64,000 bases of DNA, from the NCBI RefSeq assembly GCF_006345805.1, contig NC_042998.1:116250001-116314000 (forward strand). Direction: 5' to 3'. Under the pieces are notes generated by a model that was given only the letters and a program-made list of their open reading frames with translations, searched no databases and had not been told where the DNA came from. The translations under genes and the position numbers were made by a program. This document shows, in pieces, positions 1 through 12,395 of this stretch; the stretch's first letter is position 1, and every line of letters starts with the position of its first letter. This DNA comes from Octopus sinensis. Its lineage: Eukaryota.

Positions 1-579
1 TGCAGATTTCTTTTCATACAATAGATGTATGTATAAAGTTGTCTGTGTGTGTGTGCGAAAGAAATCATGTGAAATTTGTAAAAGGATACAGTGTTCGATT
101 CATTGGCGCTTAAGTTAATTGTCAGAGACAATTACATATACTCGGTATAGAATTAACAAAATCTTAGTAGAAAAGTGCAAAATCATCTCCATCACTATAG
201 TTGCTGAAGTGTCCGCATATTTAAAACCGCATATATCGAATTTCGAAATGATTGGATACAAGAGACTAAAACGTCAATCCTTCACAAGATTGTAGACAGA
301 CTGAAGCTAGATTTTGGAAGCAACAGCAACTACAAATAATCTCTTCAATCTAGAAGCAACGGGCTATACGTCACAGTCGATGATTCACATGAACAGAAGT
401 CAAATAATGAACTCTGACATCTATTTGCCAAGCAGAATTTGACCTTCGACAATATTTGTTTGGATACTATCTGGTCTGTGTTCAAGTCAAGAAAATGAAG
501 AAGGATTTAAAAATATCTCATGATTTGGTTTAAGTTACGCTGTATAGTAATAACAGCGTAACGCATAGCTGCTAAAGCC

Positions 580-700
580 ATTCTTTTCTACTTTTACTCA
601 TTCATCAGTGCCAGTTATTGGACTGCGGAAGCGCTAGAGCACCACCTTCAAAGGTTTCTGATTAATAGTATTGAACCCAATAGATATTTCTTCTCACTAG
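580..700 (-). mobile_element. Degenerate SINE 3' fragment
   Basis: Reverse complement resembles the SINE tail at 3575-3630 (GGTGCTC..GC..GCAGTC..). Confidence 0.5.
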
Positions 701-1266
701 GGAATATTGTATCGAATGACTATGTTACGGTTTAACATTAAAATGAAATGTGTTTGCACCGGTAAATCTAATCGCCTAAAGATTCGTTTTACATACACAC
801 ACGGGCGTGGACACACATGCAGAGCATTAAGTTAATTTTAAATGCAGAAAAACTTCTGCTATTTCAATCAAATCATATGTCACATAATTGCAGTGTCTTT
901 CATTGTAATAGATATGAGAGACAATATATAATTCAGAGATTTGTAGTAGTGTCTAAATAAATCTGAGAAGTATTTCTAATATTAGAGTGTTTAAGGATGT
1001 ATATGAGGTGGGCACTGTAGTTAAAGGACTCAGGACAAAAATGAAAATGTTAATCTTTATAAAACATTATGCATATAGAGATAACTGACAGCAGATCATT
1101 GATAAGGTGAAGAAAGTTAAGAAAATGACGGAAATTGAATTTCAATATACACTAAAGACTAGGAAATGTTTTCTGGTCTTATAAATTATCCAGATGGTTA
1201 TATATGTGATGCTGCTTCTGAATTATATATGGAAACAAGGAACAATGAAGAACACGATATGCAATA

Positions 1267-1312
1267 TTTAGAAGTATATGTAATGTTTAGAAGTATATGT
1301 AATTTTTAGAAT
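1267..1312. repeat. Short tandem duplication, 19-bp unit TTAGAAGTATATGTAAT(G/T)T, about 2.5 copies
   Basis: Read directly from the sequence. Confidence 0.8.
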
Positions 1313-1790
1313 AATGTATTTGTTGTTGTTTACTGATAACATTATAGCTGATGCAGAATAAACTAAATACTCATTTTCATGTTATTAAATAATTTCTAAA
1401 TATACTTCAGTGATATTATAAGTTTAGCATAGTACAGCGATCAAATTCCGGTAAATAGGATGAGAATTGATATGTGTAATTATTTATAAATACAAAGCTA
1501 AACAAATGTACCATAAAACATGTAGTTCAACCGTGGAACAGAAGAAGTGCATTTGAAATTTGGCTATACTTCATCTTACAGTACTTAAGATGGTAATAAA
1601 CGCGTAAATGGATATAAAGTAATGATAAACATTCTTAAATGTCAAGTGGGTATAATGATTCATGAAAAGGTGTCTGTCTGTTTGTCTGTCTGTCTGTTTT
1701 ATCTGCCTGTCAGTCTATGTGTCTACCTGAGTCTGTGTATGTTTCTTTTCTCTCTCTCCTCTCTTTCTCTTTCTCTCTCTCTATATATAT

Positions 1791-1846
1791 AGTGCCCCAG
1801 CATGGCCTCTGCCTCAGGACTGAAACATATAGACGAATAAAAGAAT
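1791..1846 (+). mobile_element. SINE 3' tail fragment
   Basis: GTGCCCCAGCATGGCC...GACTGAAAC matches the tails at 3587-3630 and 18783-18810. Confidence 0.6.
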
Positions 1847-2834
1847 ATCACTGTCACCATTTAAATATGACATACTAGTGTACAATCCATGATACAAATT
1901 TGATGCCCACCTTATGTCACGTGCATAAGAGCATTATATATATATATATATATATACATATATACATACACACACACACAAATATATATATATATACAAA
2001 TGGATGTCTTATAAAATTATTCCGCACATACAATAACAACCATATCAACAATTCAACACACATCCATCATCAGCTGCCTCACGGATATTACTATTGTTTC
2101 AACACCTGGGGAGTGCCATTTAATCCGGCGGTGTTAACAGCACTAGAATAAGTGTTGTTTGGGAACAAACATACCTTAGATATCACCACAAAAATTCAAT
2201 CTTAATTCTAGGAAGGATTAAACACTAACATTATTAATTACACTACAAAAAGAAACCCCATTATCGTATGTACAAAAACCGTATCGTTAAGTTAATTCTA
2301 TAAGTAAACCTATAACTTACTCGTATATTATCTAACTAAATAGCAACCTAGGCCTTGAAGTCCATACAGATAATATTCCCACCAGTTTTCCATAGTTACT
2401 AATATAAAAGTGAAAGCTTTTATATTATATTCCTTCCAAAATAAAACAGGATTGTACTTAATTAATAATATAATTAATTCTAAGTGAATTGCACTATTTC
2501 ATAACCCGAAAGTTAATAATTAAAACACTCCATACGTATTAAATATGCGTTATTCTTCTATGTTTTAATGTTAAACTTATACCAGTGATTTAATAGTTAA
2601 TACTAAAATACATTTATTAAATTAGAAAGTAACAATTAACAATTATTATTAAAATGTATAGATATAGGCGCAGGAGTGGCTGTGTGGTAAGTAGCTTGCT
2701 TACCAACCACATGGTCCCGCGTTCAGTCCCACTGCGTGGCACCTTGGGAAACTGTCTTCTACTATAGCCTCGGGCCGATTGAAACCTTGTGAGTATATAT
2801 ATATATATATAATATATATATATAATTTTAATCC

Positions 2835-3379
2835 AAAAGGGAAACAAAAAAACAACAACAACGGGAACAATTACAGTATTATTATTAATAGGCGCTCAGG
2901 AGATGGAAGCAGGGAGGTATGACGTTTCGAGCGGAGCTCTTCGTCGGAAACATAAAGAAGGAAGAGAGAGGAAAGAAAGATCCCAGAGCGGGCAACAGGG
3001 AAAGAGAAAAAAGACGACTGGTGTTTACGAGTTGCACATGGTGAAAGGCGGATGTTGACGATAACAAGAGCAAAGTGGGTTTTTAAAGGCAAAAGAGTGG
3101 AGACAAGGTTGGTAACCCAACAGATGTGTGTGTATGTGTGAGTGTGTGCATGTGCGTGTGTGTATGTGTGTGTGTGAGGCGAGATGAAAAACAAAAAAAT
3201 ATGTGTGTGTTAGTGTGTGCGTCTGTGTGTAGGCGTGTGAGGTAGGGCGAGACTAATGGTCAGCTAGCAGACGAGGTCAGTAGTAAGAAAAAGAAGGAAG
3301 GAGGAAGGGAGGGAGGGGAAGGGGTGGGGGCGTATGTAGCGTGCCAGCGTGTGTTGAGTAGTAGTGTGTGTGTGTGTCC

Positions 3380-3380
<1 letters not shown>
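2835..3380 (-). mobile_element. Penelope-like element 3' terminal (pLTR) fragment
   Basis: Reverse complement shares GAAGAGC..GCTCGAAACGT and CCTGAGCGCC..TAATA..ATTGTT with the PLE end at 10150-10290, preceded by CT- and CA-rich tracts as in that element. Confidence 0.65.
2917..2953 (-). ncRNA. Minimal hammerhead-ribozyme-like motif (core variant CCGACGA)
   Basis: Minus strand reads CCGACGA-A-GAGC-UCC-GCUC-GAAA-C-GUC. Stem I is weak. Confidence 0.5.
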
Positions 3381-3426
<46 letters not shown>

Positions 3427-4127
3427 TATGTGTGTGTGTCTGTGTTTGTCCCCCCAACATCGCATGATAACCGATGCTGGTGTGTTTAAATCCCCGTAAC
3501 CTAGCAGTTCGGCAAAAGAGATCGATAGAATAAGTACTAAGCTTACAAAGAATAAGTTCTGGGGTCGATGTGCTCGACTAAAGGCGGTGCTCCGGCATGG
3601 CTGCAGTCAAATGACTGAAAAAGAGTAAAAGTGTATATATGTATGTATGTATATATATATAAGTCCAAAACGTAACTCATTGCAGTTTTTGAGGACTATT
3701 TGTAAAGCAATTAACATAAGTGCAGTTAAGCAGTTTCGTGAACGCTAAATACAGTTGCTCCTGTATAATTATCTTCTTTAGTGGGCAGAAAGATGCACCG
3801 ATCTGAGTAATTATCTAGATACGTTAAACTGTCAGAAAGGATGCTTCCCCTCTATACTACTATCAGTAATATTGGTAGTTTATATTTTTTTTATTGTGTG
3901 TATTGATTTGGATAGAAACAAATTGGTCAACCTAATTTCCACAACATATATATTTAAAAGTACTTTATGCAGCGATATATTTTTAGAATAACTTTATTGA
4001 TATGGTAAATTTGTTGATAAAACATAGAACATGAGCAAACTGAGGACCACGGGGCATTCTCAATGACCTGGATGATGATGCGCCATATATGTCATGCGGC
4101 CTAACTTACTAAATAGACTTAATACTA

Positions 4128-4326
4128 TTTCTAAATTTTGATACAGGAACAACTATTTCGGGAATAAGTTAAGTCGATTTCATCTAACACCAGTATTTCA
4201 CTAGTGCTTATTTTATCCTCTCTGAAAGGCTGAAAGGCAAAGTCAACCTCGATGGCATTTGAACTCAGAACATACTCCTAAGCATTTTGATAGATGCGTT
4301 AACAATTCCGCCAGCTCGCCGCCTTA
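4128..4326 (-). mobile_element. tRNA-derived SINE, second family (head AAGGCGGCGAGCTGGC)
   Basis: Homologous copies at 23412-23462 (+), 38188-38378 (-) and 60018-60214 (-). B-box-like GAGTTCAAAT. Confidence 0.75.
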
Positions 4327-5319
4327 TTCAGACCTAACATCAGTTAGAAACACCAGAAGCTAATGAAACGACACCCTATTTTTAAGCAGAGGATAAACCT
4401 GCAGCATCTCTAATGTATGTGCTTTGTGTATGGTTGAAAGCTTTTGTTCATATCTTAATATATTCTATAAAGAAATGCCTAATTAATAAATTTGTTTTGC
4501 AGTTTCATTAAATATATTGTTTCGCAAATAACTACACACTCATATAAAACAGAATAAATTGCTGATATCAGATGCTGTATACAATAGACATAGCAAGAAA
4601 TTACTAGCTAGCGTTACGTCGGAAAAAGAGTACTATTTCCAAGATGAAAGCTTAATGAAATCAGAACTTCTTCAGATCAATGCATTTTCGTGCCACAGGT
4701 GAGGTAAAACTAAGATGCTACTCGATATTTTACTCGTTAAATGATGTAAAATACATTAGGCATATTAAATCTTTCGATGTGTGTTTAGCTTGTATGCGTT
4801 TAATATTCACGTTCAGAGAAAACAACCCATCCTGGGGATCGGGGGAGTGGGTGGTGGCTACGCTTTGAAATGTTGGAATGTAAAATATTGCTTGTGATTA
4901 TTAAGCCCATACATCATACATACACTACACATACAAGACACATGCCATCACCATAAAGCCCTTCAACACACCCACATATACAAACATTATACATACCCAA
5001 GATATAAAATTTGTCATTCACTACAATTATTTCTGAAAGTCAAAGGTAATGGAGATAAATACCCAAAAGTTGTTAGCCATGTATCGCCCCAACTTGTCAC
5101 TTTGCTTCGTTTGCCAAAATTACACGTGGGACCTTATGGCTAATTGCTGCGGTTTTTCATGCTTTAATCCAAAATGGAGACGAACACCATCCCTCCATGT
5201 GATCGGTTTGAAATATTCGTAAGTAATTAGAGTACTTTTTTAACAATGGTAGACTTACTACACAAATGAAGAACGTTTATCCACAAATGCTATGTTCAAC
5301 ACTCATTCTCCATGTTCTA

Positions 5320-5403
<84 letters not shown>

Positions 5404-5482
5404 TACATATACCAGAGTAAGCACATAGATGTAAACAAAGTGGAAGAAAATAGTACTCGAACACCAAAGGTAGAGTAATATG

Positions 5483-5564
5483 CTTTATTTAAAAGCAGCA
5501 AAGATATCACAAAAATTGTTACTTGCCGGGCAGTTTTGTGACATTTTTGCTGCTTTTAATAAAG
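5483..5564. repeat. Imperfect inverted repeat (about 35-bp arms, short spacer) between (TA)n tracts
   Basis: CTTTATTTAAAAGCAGCAAAGATATCACAAAA ... TTTTGTGACATTTTTGCTGCTTTTAATAAAG. Confidence 0.8.
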
Positions 5565-5603
<39 letters not shown>

Positions 5604-5669
5604 TCACACAAATGCAGATTTTTAATTCCTAATCGTTTATATAAATTAAATTTAAAAAATTGAAAATAT

Positions 5670-5870
5670 TCAGACAATTATCAGAAGAGGAAATTGTGGT
5701 TGATTCTGTCAAATGCTTTGCGGAGGTCAATATAATGACATCAGACCTTAAACCTGAAGCCAAAGCCTTAACGGCATAATCGATGTGATGTAAAAGTTGT
5801 GTTAGGTAGGTCCTACCACAGCAAAAGCTGTGCTGGATGGACTTTGCATGTTATCCTCGATTTCACCACA
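5670..5870 (-). mobile_element. LINE reverse-transcriptase fragment (CR1/Jockey-like)
   Basis: Minus strand reads QHSFCCGRTYLTQLLHH..SDVI, then a frameshift into AKAFDRINH. Related to the RT at 32381-32734. Confidence 0.65.
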
Positions 5871-6163
5871 TTTTCTCTCTGTTCGTTCATATGTAAAGCG
5901 AGTGTGATTGGGCGATAATTAAATGCAAGGGCCATGTTTCCCTTTTTGATGATAGGCATGTGTGTTTGGAACTATGTCGTTGTACAGTGTGAGATATTTT
6001 CTCATTTCTCCCAAAGTCTGCTTCGTAAAGTTTGATGTTGTTGAACTGGTGCACTGGAGCAAGAGTGACGAATCTGGCATTGGCTTCTTGGAAACTAAGT
6101 TTGCATGGTATATATATATATATATATATACATACATACATACATACATACATACATACATGT

Positions 6164-6207
<44 letters not shown>

Positions 6208-7076
6208 TATATATATATATATATACATATATACATACATATAAACATATATATCTATATATGTATTTATATACACATACATGCATATACATCTACATAT
6301 ATACACATATTTATATACACACACATATATACACACACAAATATATATATATGTATCTATCTACTTATATACACATTCATATTTCTGTTTATCTAGGTAT
6401 TTGTCTTTATATGTATACATATATTGAGAGAAGGATAGATAAAAATAGATAGATGAGATAGATATACAGAAAAAAAGAGGAAAAGACAGTGAGTGCGAGA
6501 AAAAGAGAGGAAGAAATGATGCGGAAAGGGAAGTATAGTGAGTGAAATATAGCTGTTTGAACAGCTTTCTAATAAGGTTTGCAGTGCATAACGTTAATAT
6601 GCAGTTATATTTTCTGTCTCTACGTGCTTATTCAAATTTCGACAATAATTCAAACATGGCGGGTTAAGACAGAATTTACAATACGGAGGTATTCGCTGCG
6701 TGGTATCTCATCATACAAAATAAATTATATGCTTTTCTAATTGCATATGCATAGGATGGTGCACTTATGATATGAAGAACCGAAGACAAAGCTGTATAGT
6801 TGACAAGTTGCTTCGAACTCTTCTAATTGTTATTGAAATTTTGTAGTTGGAACAGCTATGGAAGAAAGTCACATGATAATACAATGCATTCAATACCCAC
6901 CATCAATTTGTTTCTGTGTGTGAGTGCCTGTGTGTTTGTATGTGTGCTAGAATGTAATGTGTGTGTTTATATATATATATATATAAATTATACATAACAC
7001 ATTTCCAGTACAGACACACGCAAATAACATTAGCGCAAAGTCACATGCACATATTCATGAAATCTATATGTACTTA

Positions 7077-7109
<33 letters not shown>

Positions 7110-7144
7110 CGTAATATACAGTATCGATATTGGTATAATGTATA

Positions 7145-7189
<45 letters not shown>

Positions 7190-9326
7190 TATATATTTGG
7201 TAGGGGTCTGCGTTTCATCCCCCCCTCACCTCCATCCTGTAAGGAATTCCAGACGCGAGTTGATGTCCACAGCTTTGTGCGCCGTGTCCGTTGGGTGCGC
7301 ATTACCACGACTCGCCACCCACACCCAACGAAGAGGATGACTGCTTCACTGGCCTGGGCCGCCGACCATCCCCGTGGACGCCTGCCCCTGGCCAGATCCT
7401 AGCAGTGGATCTTTTCGCGGGCGCTTGTCAGCGTGCATTGGAGCGGTTCAACTTCTCCAGGCGCCAACGCGCCTCAACATCTCCCCGGCTGAGCTCTTGG
7501 CTCTTCGTTCCCTCCACGGCGCGCTGACATTATCATCAAACCGGCTGACAAGGGTGGAGCTGTAGTGGTGTGGCGCGCGGACCTCTATAGGGCCGAGGCT
7601 TTCCGCCAACTCAATGACACCTCCTTCTATTCCCCTCTGCCCTCTAACCCCACACGTAGCTACCAACAGACGTATCCTCTACTGTCCAAGACCTCATCTC
7701 GTCCTCCCGTCCTCCCCCGCACCGCATCCAACCTAATTGTGCGAACCCCACGTACCCCCACCATTTACTTCCTCCCCAAAATCCACAAACCCAACAACCC
7801 TGGCCGCCCCATCGTCCTCCGCCTGTAACTGCCCCACGGAGCTCATCTCTAAATACCTCGACCGTGTCCTTGCCCCCCTAGTGGCATCTCTTCCCTCCCA
7901 CATCCACGATACCAACCATGCTCTCCGGCTTTTCAACTCTTTCTCCTTTCCTCCCGGCTCCTCCAAAATCCTTTTTACTATGGACATCCAAAGCCTCTAT
8001 ACTGTTATCCCTCACCACGAAGGACTGCAGGCCCTTCGACACTTTCTTGACCTCCGCTCTAACCCTGTACCTGACACCTCCACACTCATTCGTCTGGCCG
8101 AACTTGTCCTTACTCTGAACTGCTTCTCGTTCGCGGGCGAGTTCTACCATCAGGTCTCGGGAGTGGCCATGGACGCGAATGGGCCCCAACTATGCGAACC
8201 TGTTCGTTGGCTATGTTGAGGCCCAAATATTCTCTACTTTCACTGGTCCCACTCCTGAACTATATGGTCGTTATATTGACGACATTATCGGTGCCACCTC
8301 ACTCTCCCGCGAACATCTAGATTCCTTCCTCTCTTTCGTCCAATCTTTCCATCCAGCCCTCCACTTCACTTCCACTATCTCCAACACCTCTGTCTCCTTC
8401 CTCGACATTCGGTTAGCATTCTTGACTCCACTCTTACCACCTCCATTCACTACAAACACACAGACTCACACTCATACCTCAACTTCTCTTCCTCCCACCC
8501 AGAACACACCAAGCTTTCCATCCCCTATTCCCAATTCCTCCGTCTACGTAGGCTCTGTAGTGACGACCATGACTTGAGACTCATCTCAACGTCATGGCTC
8601 ACCACTTCACCCTACGTGGATACCCCCTCACCACTATCCACACCGCCCTTGCCAGAGCACGGTCCGTGGACCGTGTATCTGCTCTCTCTCCCCGAACCCG
8701 CCCTGTAGTCTCCCGCCTCCCTTTTCCCCTCACTTACCACCCCACGACCCTACGTCTCCAACGCACCATTCTTCGAGCTTTCCGTCATCTCCAGTCCGAC
8801 CCGTCCACTTCACACCTCTTCCCTAACCGACCCTCCCCTCTTTCAAACGAGCCCACAACCTTCGAGACCTTTTGGTCCATAGCTCCTTCCCTGACCCTAC
8901 CTCCCGACCGGCTCGTTCCCCTGCTCCCGCCCACGTTGCCGCACTTGCCCTTACCTCTCCAACACCACCCGCCTCACTAGCACCCACCATCGACCCTATC
9001 CCATCATCCACTCCTTCACCTGCACCTCCAGCAATATTATCTATTGCATCTCTTGCTCTCTCTGCAATTCCTTGTACATCGGACAAACGGGACGCCGCTT
9101 GGCTGACCGGTTCGCGGAACACCTTCGTGACATCCACCTTGCGAACGACACACCGGTCTCACGCCATTTCCGCTCCACCGGTCACTCCTTGCAACACCTA
9201 TCTGTGTTCGGTTTGTCCTTACACAGAGGCCATCCGGATTCCCGTTTGCGCCGTGAACAGGAATTAATCTTCTCTCTTCGCTCTTATACGCCATTTGGTC
9301 TCAACTCTCCCCCCCTCCTCATCTAA

Positions 9327-9990
9327 CCCCCCTCTCCCCCTCCTCACCTATCCTTTCTCCCCCCGACCCCCACTTCTTCAGTCCTTCATCCTTTCACCCC
9401 TACTCCCCTTCCCTTCTTCCCTCTTTCTCCCTCCCTCTCCTCTTCCCTCTGCTCCCTCACTCCCTCCTCCCTCTCTCTCCTTCCTCCCCCTCTCCCTCTT
9501 TCCTCCTTCATCCCTCTCCTCCCCTTCCTTCTCCCCATCCTCTCCTCTTCACCTCCCCCTCCCATCTTCTTCCCCTCCCCATCTCCCCCCTCTTCTCCCC
9601 CCCTCCCCCTCTTCTCCTCACTACACCACATGACTTTACACATCACATCACATATGATGTGCCATACTAATACACACACACTAATACACTAATACGTACT
9701 AATACATACTAGTACATACTAATACTTACACCAACCCTATACATACACACGTCCAGACCCCGCATACGCACTTATACTCTCTCACACACCACACACACAC
9801 ACCTATACATACCAATACGTACTAATACATACTAATACATACTAATACATACACCAACCCCATACATACGCACGTCCAGACCATCCCACGCACTAATACT
9901 CTCTCATACACACACACACCACACACACCCTTATACATACTAATACATACACCAACCCTATACATACACATCCAGACCCCTCCCACGCAC
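9327..9990 (+). repeat. Homopyrimidine (C/T) tract 9327-9620 followed by degenerate tandem repeats (TACTAATAC.., ACACCAACCC..TCCAGACC x3) in the PLE 3' UTR
   Basis: Read directly from the sequence. Confidence 0.8.
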
Positions 9991-10153
9991 TTTTAGCTGG
10001 TCCTCTCAACCCTATTATCTCCCCTTATTTCGCTCTCGCGTCTCATGTTTGATCTTTGACCTCTGGCCGAAATCAGATCGCCATGTTGATTCGTTAGCTA
10101 CTGCACGCATTTTTTTTTCTCTCCTTCTTTCTGTGTTTTTCTCTCTCTGTGTA

Positions 10154-10191
10154 TCTTTCTGTTGAAGAGCGTAGGCTCGAAACGTTAAAGA
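10154..10191 (+). ncRNA. Minimal type I hammerhead-like motif in the PLE pLTR (core variant CUGUUGA)
   Basis: UCUUU-CUGUUGA-A-GAGC-GUAG-GCUC-GAAA-C-GUU-AAAGA: 5-bp stem I, 4-bp stem II, palindromic ACGU in place of stem III. Confidence 0.6.
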
Positions 10192-10904
10192 CTTGTTTTA
10201 TTATTTATATTTCCTGAGCGCCATACTAATACAATTGTTCGTTTGTTTTCCACCTGCCTTCGTCTTTTGTTTATTTTCATAAAGCTTCCCGTTATATATG
10301 TATGTATGAGTGTATATGCACACACACACATATATATGCGCGTGTGTGTGTGTTAAACTTTAACATCCAACATATATTTTTATTCTCATATTTTCCTTTA
10401 CACTTCCAGTATCTCTCCCTTTCCAAAATAACTTCTTATATAATGAACTGTGCTATTTCCCTCTATTGTAACGCTCTCTTATCTATCTGATATTGGGATA
10501 CCTTGTATATCACCGAAGCAGATGTAAGATTAACTTTCTCTTTATAAATGTCCTAGAAATATCACACTGCCTTGGACCTGGTATCTCATTTTATTCAAAA
10601 TACACACGCTCACTCTGGTCTCGCATCTCACTCATACTATTATTCATCGGGGAGCCTAACAGCGGTCCTTCTATAGCACTAACGTAACTTTAACTGCCTT
10701 TTGGATCGCCTGGATACTAAAACCTCTCATTTTGATATGTATATATCATGTCATCCTATAAGTTCTGTCTGAATTTTGAATAAAGAAATCAAGTGATCAA
10801 AGAAAAGCTGCTATTGACATTGCTTTTGTGATGGTAGCACACAAGCCAGTGTATCTTAGCTGTCTACATGCAGTATGGTTTAATGAATTGTATTCTTTAA
10901 TATA

Positions 10905-12194
10905 TCAGGTCATTCCATTTGTACAGTCCGAATTTTGTGTAAAGAAAACAAGTGATCAAATGTTATGTTTAAGTGAAATTTAATCGTCGATGTACTTTCC
11001 TAGATTATCTATGACACCCTTCCATGTATTTAGAAGCGCTTTAATCCCATCAATATCAAACTCTTTTGCTTTCAAAGCGAAGAACTCTGAAATTTCAGTT
11101 TCGACCTCCTCCTGGCCTGTGAAACTTATGTCCCCCAAATGATTCTGTAAACTACGAAACAAATGGTAATCTGATGGAGCAAGTTTGGGATAATAAGGTG
11201 GATGCAGAATTTATTTCCCAACCAAGCTCTTCAATCTTCTGTGATGTGTCCTTTGCTGTGTGGGGTCGCGCATTTTCCTGATGAAACATCACTCCTTTTC
11301 GATTCACTAATGCGAGGTTTTTTCTTCAAAGCTTGGTTCAATCGCTCTATTTGCTGACACTAGACTTGAGTATTGATTGTTGCATTAATTAGTAACAATT
11401 GAATGTGAATTACTCCTTTGCAATCCCACCAGATAGAGAGAAGAACCCTTTTCCCATGAAGTTCCCTTCTTAGTTGTGGTTGAGATTTTTCCTTTTTACC
11501 AAGCCACAGTTTACGACGTTTAACATTTCGATAGAAGATCCATTTTTCGTCACCAGTCACAAGTATATCCAAAAAGGGTGAAATGAGTTCGTGAGAATGG
11601 AGAGGAGGGCATACGTCAACTCGAGATATGCGGTTGCTTTCGGACACTTCATGAGGAACCAATTTTCCAAGTTTAGCAACCTTTCCAAGTTGTTGAAGAT
11701 GACGATGGACAGTAGTATGGTGTGAACTAAGCTTTATTGCCAATTCTTCAACTGATGATGAAGGATTTTTTTTCAAGTAATGCCTCAAGGAGCTTATTAT
11801 CAAACTCTACTGGACGTCCTGTTCGATCTCCATCTTCAAGACTGAAATCACTTCTGAAATCACTTTGCAAACCATCTTCTGCAAGTTCTTTCATTCAAGC
11901 ATTCTTTTCCAAAATCTGAGTGTATGTTTTGAGTTTCTTCGGCTGCAGAGTTTCCATTTTTTATACTCATAAAGCATTATGTGCCTCAAATTCTCTTTCG
12001 ATAATTCCATGTTAGAAGCGGTTTCAATCAAAGAAGATTTAATTCTATTATTCTGTAAAATAATATTCAATACGTTTAAATATACACAAATGCATAAAAA
12101 TAATTTTTAATTCCATTAGACAAACTAAAATACTATTAGATTTCATTCAATTTTAAAAAAGGGAAAATCTGACAGAACTTAAAGTGTGACCTTA
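10905..12194 (-). mobile_element. Mariner DNA transposon, decayed, about 1.29 kb
   Basis: Transposase from ATG at 12010 to 10980: LRHIMLYE, GRP, LGKLVPHE, VTGDEKW, LLSIWWD, HQENARPH, LAPSDYHLFRSLQNHL. Degenerate TIRs TCAGGTCATTCC.. / ..GTGTGACCTTA. Confidence 0.9.
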
Positions 12195-12283
12195 TTCTAT
12201 TTACAGATAAATTCGTCTCTTTACATAATATCGAAGTCTCTTTCATTCTTTTGTCTTGCCATCTCTTAATCAATATATGCATG

Positions 12284-12326
<43 letters not shown>

Positions 12327-12340
12327 ATACACACACACGC

Positions 12341-12395
<55 letters not shown>

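Larger units (their letters stand above)
2667..3631 (+). mobile_element. tRNA-derived SINE (octopus OK/OR-like) split by a PLE terminal fragment inside its internal microsatellite
   Basis: Head 2667-2793 has A-box-like TGGCTGTGTGG and B-box-like GTTCAGTCCC. Tail 3430-3631 is collinear with the contiguous copy at 18385-18811. Confidence 0.75.
60..6880 (+). pseudogene. Decayed class C (mGluR-like) GPCR A: about three tandem VFT-like units followed by 7TM remnants; 5' part lies upstream of the window
   Basis: By-eye translation gives collinear motifs. Unit 1: KDTVFDSLALKLI (82-120), SITIVAEVSAYLKPHISNFEMIGY (188-259), DNI*FRDL** (920-949; cf. NPWFxEFWQ). Unit 2: IPVNRMRIDMCNYL (1445-1486), FGYTSSYST (1559-1585), ISDAVY (4565-4582), AG|GTGAG donor at 4698/4699. 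Unit 3: CIAPTC..FAKITRGTLWLIAAVFHA (5080-5163), ARAM..WNYVVV (5925-5984). 7TM-like: SNKVCSA*R*YAVIFS (6568-6615), FLIAYA*DGALMI (6734-6772). Many stops, frameshifts and repeat insertions. Confidence 0.55.
7197..10295 (+). mobile_element. Penelope-like retroelement, 5'-truncated and frameshifted: RT + C-terminal GIY-YIG endonuclease + 3' UTR/pLTR
   Basis: KPADKGGAVVVW, YFLPKIHKP..PGRPIV, MDIQSLYT, GVAM/GPNYANLF, RYIDD, FLD, then FTCTSSNIIYCISCSLCNSLYIGQTGRRLADRFAEH..PFGLN; stop at 9326. Both ends abut (TA)n. Confidence 0.93.
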
